Source: Anthoceros angustus
Lineage: Eukaryota; Plantae; Anthocerotophyta
Length of the DNA stretch: 53,348 bases
Assembly: GCA_010909165.1 (NCBI GenBank)
Contig: MU008238.1
Coordinates: forward strand, 1 to 53,348
Reading direction: 5' to 3'
Both the position numbers and the translations under genes were made by a program. A model generated the notes under the pieces. It did no database searches, was not told where the DNA came from, and saw nothing but the letters and a program-made list of their open reading frames with translations. Positions 47,006 to 53,348 of the stretch are shown here, in pieces; position 1 is the first letter of the stretch, and each line of letters starts with the position of its first letter.

Positions 47006-49014
47006 TCACTTGTCGGAGAATGTCTGACCCCGCAGTAGTTTCTCGTGAAGCTGGACAGCAGAAGGACCAGAGGTTTCCGAAGCGCTGGTTTCTTCAGAAG
47101 AGAAACTGGTTGAAGAAACCTCGGGACCCGGCAGAGTGATCCCCATGTGAGTGAGATGTCGAGCTTGCAGGTCCAAGTAAAGAGCTTGCTGTTGAGTCAG
47201 CTCCTCGGAAAGTCCTGAAACGTGTCCTTCTAGACTGTTGGCCTGCAAGTTGATCACATCTGAGTTAGTCTACATGGAGCAAATCTTGCTGTTCACAGGT
47301 CACCAATGCCAGATTCCAAACTAGTATTGTCACCCCAGGGTCTGGTGGGCTTGTGGCTCTACAACTGGGTGGGAACCGATGGCCTTGAAAGGTTCAAACT
47401 GGTTTCTATAAGAGGCCTGCAATAAGAAACGCTTCACGGAAAAGATACTTACTCTCAATTCAGACCACTCCAGAAGCAGTCTAGATTTTTGCTCTCTGGA
47501 TTTGGTGGTCTCCAGATCCAAGGAAAGCTGCTCAACCCGAGACACAAGCTCAACATACCTGGGGCTTTGCCCAGCTTCACCATGCTCTCCCTTCCAGATC
47601 CAATTCTCATTTCTCTCCTCGGGCCTTGCGAGGCGAGGCACGGGAATGGCCAACATTGGAACACTTGCAACTTGTTGCCGAGAGTCGGATCTGTCTCTGT
47701 CATCGAGGCTACTTCTCGGAGGTTCCAACTTAGGAATAACCACCTGAGACTCCTTCTGCCTAGCTTCCGTGCGCTCCATTAATGCCTCCGCCTCCTCCAA
47801 CTCCTTCTTCTTGGCCTGCTTTCGTCGGACCTCCTCGGGTGAAGCCAAAGCAGGGACCTGAAGCCGGGTTTCTGCCTTGGCTTTCGCGTCTTCGATCTGC
47901 TTCGCTTTTTCGCTTTCTTCCAACTCTTTCTGCCTCACCTTCTGTGTGTGGAACTGCTCGGGTGTGGCTAACATTGGGACAACTGCATGGAGTTCGTCCT
48001 TGGTGTACTCAATCTGCCTCGACCTTTCCGCTTTGGCCACCTCCTCGTCCAACTCTTTCTGCCTCGCCTTCTGCATGTGGAACTGCTCGGGTGTGGCCAA
48101 TGTTGGAACAGCTGAACGATGTTCGTCCTTGGCATTCTCGATCTGCCTCAAGCTTTCGGCTTCGGCCGCTGGAGAAGCTAGTCTGGGGATTGCAGAAGCC
48201 CTGTCATCGCTGCTTTCAGACGCGGAAGCTCTGACATCGATGCTGTCATCAGGCTGTGATGGCCCTGGAATTTCCTGTTTGTGATTGCCAGATCCTGTAG
48301 CCAAATGGACACGGTCCGGATGATTAGGCCGCGCAGGGAGGTCAGAACTCGTTTACCGGTTTCAAGACGGGCATCTGTTCCGCCATTACCTTCCAAACGG
48401 CCAAACAAGTCTTGGGGCGGGAAGGGAGCAAAGCCAGGACTTCTGGCGGGGTCTGGTGATTCTTCTTCAGACGACAGTAAGTCCACTGTTCCGGCAGGCG
48501 CGCCATCGGATGTTGAAGGTGAAGGCGGGCTCACGATAGTCAACTGAGGTCTACTCGGGGCGGGGGCGGGGGCGGCGACGGCGACTTCATCATCCACAAA
48601 ACTGGCTCTGTGCTCCTTGGTGAAAAAACCTAAGTCCAAATCTTCGTCATCCAGCGGCGAGGTTGAGCGGTTTGATGGCGTTGGTACAGAGGATTGAACA
48701 GCCGAGTACTCCAGCGAGACTGGGGACGACGGTGGAACTAAGAAGGATGGTGAGACAGTGTTCCATTGCTGTGTGGCTCCTGACGATGCCGGCTGGCCGG
48801 GTTGACCACTTGAAGCAGCCTTTCTTGGCCAATGGCCTCCCATGCACCCGCAGCAACCGGTGGAGGCCCTCTGAAACCAAGGAAGCCGCCATGCCCTGCT
48901 TAATTTCTGTGTAAAGCAAGTCACACCAGGAAGACACCAAGTATCAAATCAAGATTACAACAGGGCGGAGAGACGCACTGGTGAGTCCGCGTATGTTTCA
49001 TCCCTCATCGCCAT
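47006..49014 (-). CDS. Uncharacterised multi-exon protein: Ser/Pro-rich N-terminus, internal (V)PxLATPEQ...RQKELEE repeats, coiled-coil C-terminus
   Basis: ATG at 49014. GT-AG introns 48907-48978 (72 bp) and 48295-48356 (62 bp) join the ORFs in frame. The 3' exon structure (47006-47450) is only partly resolved. Confidence 0.7.
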
Positions 49015-49612
49015 GGCTGCTGCGAGAAGCAACCAGGAGACGGGCAGAGGGCTAGCGCGTAAGGAACTCACGGCGGCACCAGCCTCTGATTGCTGTTGCT
49101 GTCAGACACTAGAGCTGGGAAAAGAGGTTTGCGAATGCCTGATGCGGAGCACGGGCTGGTGACAGGGACGGAAGCATGCTCATGTGACGCGCATCAATGC
49201 TGCGAGCAATCAAACCAGCAGCCAGAGTCACATGCTCCCACTCACTGCCCCCACTCCACTACGGCGGACTTGAGGGCGCGCCGAATCCCACCATGCCCGT
49301 TCATACAGACCTGCGCATTAGCCGGGCCAGGCCCGCAACGACCGTTTCCCATGCATCGGAGTGGAGAACCAGCTACGAATAACCTACTCTGTAAGGACTA
49401 AATTTCCGTCAAATTAATCACATCGACATATCTCGTGGTTTGATGTTACGTCCCTTTTCAGTGCAAGACCTGCATGTTTGTGTTACCGCTTAGGACCGTC
49501 AAAGCAAGTAAAGTCTGCAGCATTCAGGTGAGCAGGAATCGACCAAGCAACCGACCTGGACGCCACCACCACCCCCTTGAAAACCCGATGCTCAAGACTG
49601 TCACGGCCATGC

Positions 49613-52600
49613 TTAAATTTTCAAGACTGAGGATGTAGAAGTGATGGCATTGTAAATAAGCGTACCCAGTAACGGCGTGAACTGCCCTGTCAAAAGCTGC
49701 AACCAGGACAAAATCAAGGCACCGGTAATGAGAGGCCGATGTGCTATCAACGCTACTGTAAGCGCTCAACCAGAAGCTTACTTTGATAACCTCTTGTGAT
49801 GCAATGCCACCAATTACGGATGCCACACAGTGAAGTTCTCCTGCTCCAAAGCGACAGAACTCCGACACATAGTCTTCAGATACCGAAGCTCCAACAAGTC
49901 CCATCTCACTCAAAAGTCTAAGGCCAACAGGCCGTAGTCTCTCAATATCATTGTTGAGTTCTCTTCACATGAAAAAACACCCCCAGTTAGAACACATGCC
50001 AGCGGTTCTCATTTCCTCAAGTATGCGGTCAATGACGGCTTACTGATCAACAGCCCCTGGAAATCGATTGTAGGTCCTCGCAAAGTGATCAACAGCTCGA
50101 AGTAGAATGTAGAGGGTAGCATTGCTGGACCACAGATGTTCCCATCACTTAAATTTGGCACTTTTTAATCCTGCTGTCAGAATGGACTAATTGGCAAACC
50201 ACATTCAAAGCTAAAGTCAACAAAGTCCCTACCTGCTATCTTCATTCATGAGCCTCTGTAACCCGGCACAAGCCCCAGAGCTGAACTCCTCTGCAAGCCT
50301 GGGGTATCTGAGCACCTGCACCAGCCGTCATCAAGGGTGTTTTACTGCGGAAGCAGGACATGTACCAGCTGCAAGTTAGATTGATGAAGTGGTGCTACCA
50401 AAACAACATGGAGAATACCCTCAAATTTCGTGAGTTCTTGCAAGCCTGCTTGATACTGCTTCTTGGAATTGAAGATGGATCCCGTCCTATGCTTCTTAAA
50501 ATGTTTCGGACATAACTTTCAACAGCAGACACATTAGCCTCAGCACGAGATTGATATATATTTTGCAGCTCCACATAGTACCTGAAATGGCAGAAATATA
50601 TTGAGTCCATACAAACATAAATGAAGTTTTCCTGAATGAATGACAACCTATTCCGCAGCTCTCTTACCCTGTATATGAATGCATGTCAGGTATTCCCCCA
50701 TCCAGGGGCAGATCTCCTTGTCCCTCATTTTCGACAAACAACTGTTGATGACTAAGTCAGAATAACAACAAAATAAGGAACGTCCCAGAGGTACTCGCTG
50801 CCGTAAATGCTGCATTTGGTCGAAGCTTTCCACCTACCACGAGAAAATACCTTTAAGGCTCGGACTATCACCCAGAAGTCAGAGGAACTTGAATTCACTT
50901 CCCCTGCTTTATCGTCTAGCAACACTTGAAGCTCAGAACCTGAATTACCCCGCCTATTAGCAGCCTGGAATAAAGCGCTATGTGACCCAAAAGCAGTCAG
51001 TGACCATAACTTACTGATTTTAGGAGGGGACCAGACTTTGAAAGCAGATTGTAAAGCCTCCCTATAGTTTTCTTCATCATCGGACAGCTTCCTTGCAGAC
51101 AAGGCACTCTGCAGATACTACATCAGACTCATGACAGGGAAACTATGACATACGCTTGAGAGAAGCCCGGAAAGATGCCCCAACCTGCGGCCTACTCTCT
51201 CTAAGTCATAGTTCTTGGCAAGCCAACACCTCAAAGAGCAGTTTGGCCTGAACATCTTAGCCCCAGAAAAAGGAAGGAAAGACACCTTAAACTCTTTTCT
51301 CTCTTTGTCAGTCGATGGAAGCAGGCCACCATGAGTAGCTTTCCATTCTTCAGCTGCCTTGACAAGGAGGACTGCAAATGGAATATGCCTATGCATCAGA
51401 GGGTCCTTTGTATCCATATCGAACTGATCAACGTACCTGCAGAACGATAGAGCCTAAGTTAACAATTCTTGAAAGCATTGGACTTGACAGCAGACTATGT
51501 GATAGGGCATCTGAAACTGAACATTCATAGGATGAGGGTCCTAGAACTCGGAGAGAGTGGAACTATAACAAGTCTCCAACAACAAATACAGGTTCCTATG
51601 CAAAAAGGCCTAGCATTTCAGAAATCCAGTAACTCGGTGCAAGCCCTCAGAATCAAGACAGTTTTTCTTGACGTAAACCACCCTAATACCAGCATACATT
51701 GCATATCCCATAGAGGGCTCAGGGACAAACAGGAATGTCATACGGAAACCATAATACTCACCGTTTCAATTCTGGCCACGGGTTGTGAAGCCGTAGATCA
51801 TCAACTATATTATCTGGTTTGGATTCCACTACATCATGCTCCTGCAAAAAAATCAAGGAGACAACAGCAGCAGGGGGGAAATTCTCAATCCGGATGCCAG
51901 GTGCAGAGTTTGCCAGGGAACATTGTACACAAGGGGCCGAATGAATACCCTTGTACTGATTCGAATAAGCCCGGCCAGCCCATAGGATCGTGCAACAATG
52001 AGCATCACATTATGCAGCCTGCATATATCATCCAACACCACCAGAGCACTTTCCTGCATCTGAAAACATGACGGGTTTCAAAAGTGATTCAATTCCCTGC
52101 TGGTGCACTTCTAAGGCACAAGTACATGCTAAATTTGGCCACCAGTGATAACGATGGAGAGTCGTACCTGCGTAGCAATGACAATGGTGAACTTAGCGAA
52201 AAAGCTTGGGTCGGAATCCAACAGAGATTCAGCAGTCTTCTCCACATACTTTGCTTCGACTGATTCATTGAGCTCTCGAAGAAGACGGCTCACACACTTC
52301 GCCCTGGACTGACCAAGGCTGTCCCAGTCAACTGCCATGACGTTCCAAGAAGTCAAACTAAGAGCTTAGCATGGGAGATTCTGACGGGACAGGCGTAGAT
52401 GTGCTTGATGCACCGAGACAACAAACCGAGATAATTGTTGCCAAGGTCCGATTCTTCGACTAGAGCCGCGTCGATGATCGTGAAGCTTCCAATCCCTCCC
52501 AGAACTAAGTTTTTCAAGGCTTCTGACCCCGTAGGCCCAGAATTGATAACGCATACACTTGCCCTCTCCAGTGCAGCTTGTCCATGTTCCCCATAGAAGT

Positions 52601-52634
52601 GACAACGGCTATACACACGCCTGAGGGCCTGCAC
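49613..52634 (-). CDS. AXR1: NEDD8/RUB-activating enzyme E1 regulatory subunit (AXR1/NAE1/APP-BP1), multi-exon
   Basis: Exons [112 protein letters not shown] and LLTGQFTPL...-stop at 49613. Start codon unresolved. Confidence 0.95.
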
Positions 52635-53348
52635 GCTTAATTCGCCATTTCGTGCGGAAGCAGATTGTGCCGCCGAGCACCAGCAGATGCAGGAAGAGAT
52701 GGCTTGTGCCGCCGCTCACGGATGTGTATGCTACAAGATCCTGTACTGTGACACCACTCACCCTAAACCCTACACCCACTATAGCCTCGCTCGATCTCTC
52801 TCTTATAGACCAACAGCCACAAGCCAACAAGATGCGCAGCAATGCGCCTACCGGACGGATAGGGGGCACCACCGTGAGCGGTCCAAGTGAGGCAAAGGAG
52901 GCGGGGGAGGAAGGAGGGACGTGTGGGCAAGAGCAACGGAACAGGACATGAAATGGGAAGCAAGGGCAAGGAAACAATGGTACAAACAAATACGCACAAC
53001 CCGGCCCCGATTTGATTTGGGAGTTAAGATTGAATGACCGATTCGCTCCGTATTGCGAGGTTCATATGCGGGTAGGCAACCTCAAAATAGGGCGGATACG
53101 CTGTTGTCGACATCCTAAGTTTGAAACCCCTAATCACTGGGGTGAAAGGCCAACCAAAATCGCGACATAAGTAACACCTCAACGGGTGGGGAAACCACGC
53201 ATTAGAAGCAAAACGAGAGTAATAAATTAGCACTAGACACAAGACTAGGCCTCCAAGTAGCCTCTTCTTCTAGGAGGACTCAGCAGACAAAGACCTTTGC
53301 CACCGCTTCTTATTCTCAAATCACGAGTCAACAAGAACATACAGAAAT

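Overview
Eukaryotic, plant (streptophyte) genomic DNA; 60-100 bp introns and plant-type AZG and AXR1 genes suggest a non-seed plant, but the taxon cannot be fixed from sequence. About 2-41 kb is a nested repeat cluster whose paralogous copies differ mostly by scattered 1-3 bp indels, probably unpolished long-read sequence. Reading frames are clean after the N at 41078. Left to right: (1) an AT-rich unidentified segment (1-1.7 kb). (2) A tandem array of about 4.3 units of 2.4 kb, each carrying an intron-poor, divergent TFIIB gene. (3) Athila-like Ty3/Gypsy elements (family E) whose inferred ~3.7-kb LTR appears to contain an ORF. (4) A gag-only, pol-deleted relative (family A) in a shared-LTR tandem. 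(5) A Ty3/Gypsy element (D) encoding gag-protease-C5 DNA methyltransferase-RT-RNase H-integrase-PHD finger. D has no conventional pair of LTRs. Its ends reconstruct as DIRS/Ngaro-type split direct repeats (A1-ORFs-B1-A2-B2) with TG...CA termini, a 16-bp palindromic internal end-to-end junction and a 4-bp target duplication. (6) An older plus-strand Gypsy remnant (F). (7) Host genes: an intronless AZG purine permease, an unknown coiled-coil repeat gene and AXR1/NAE1. The strongest candidates for new biology are the architecture and epigenetic cargo of D and the TFIIB tandem array.
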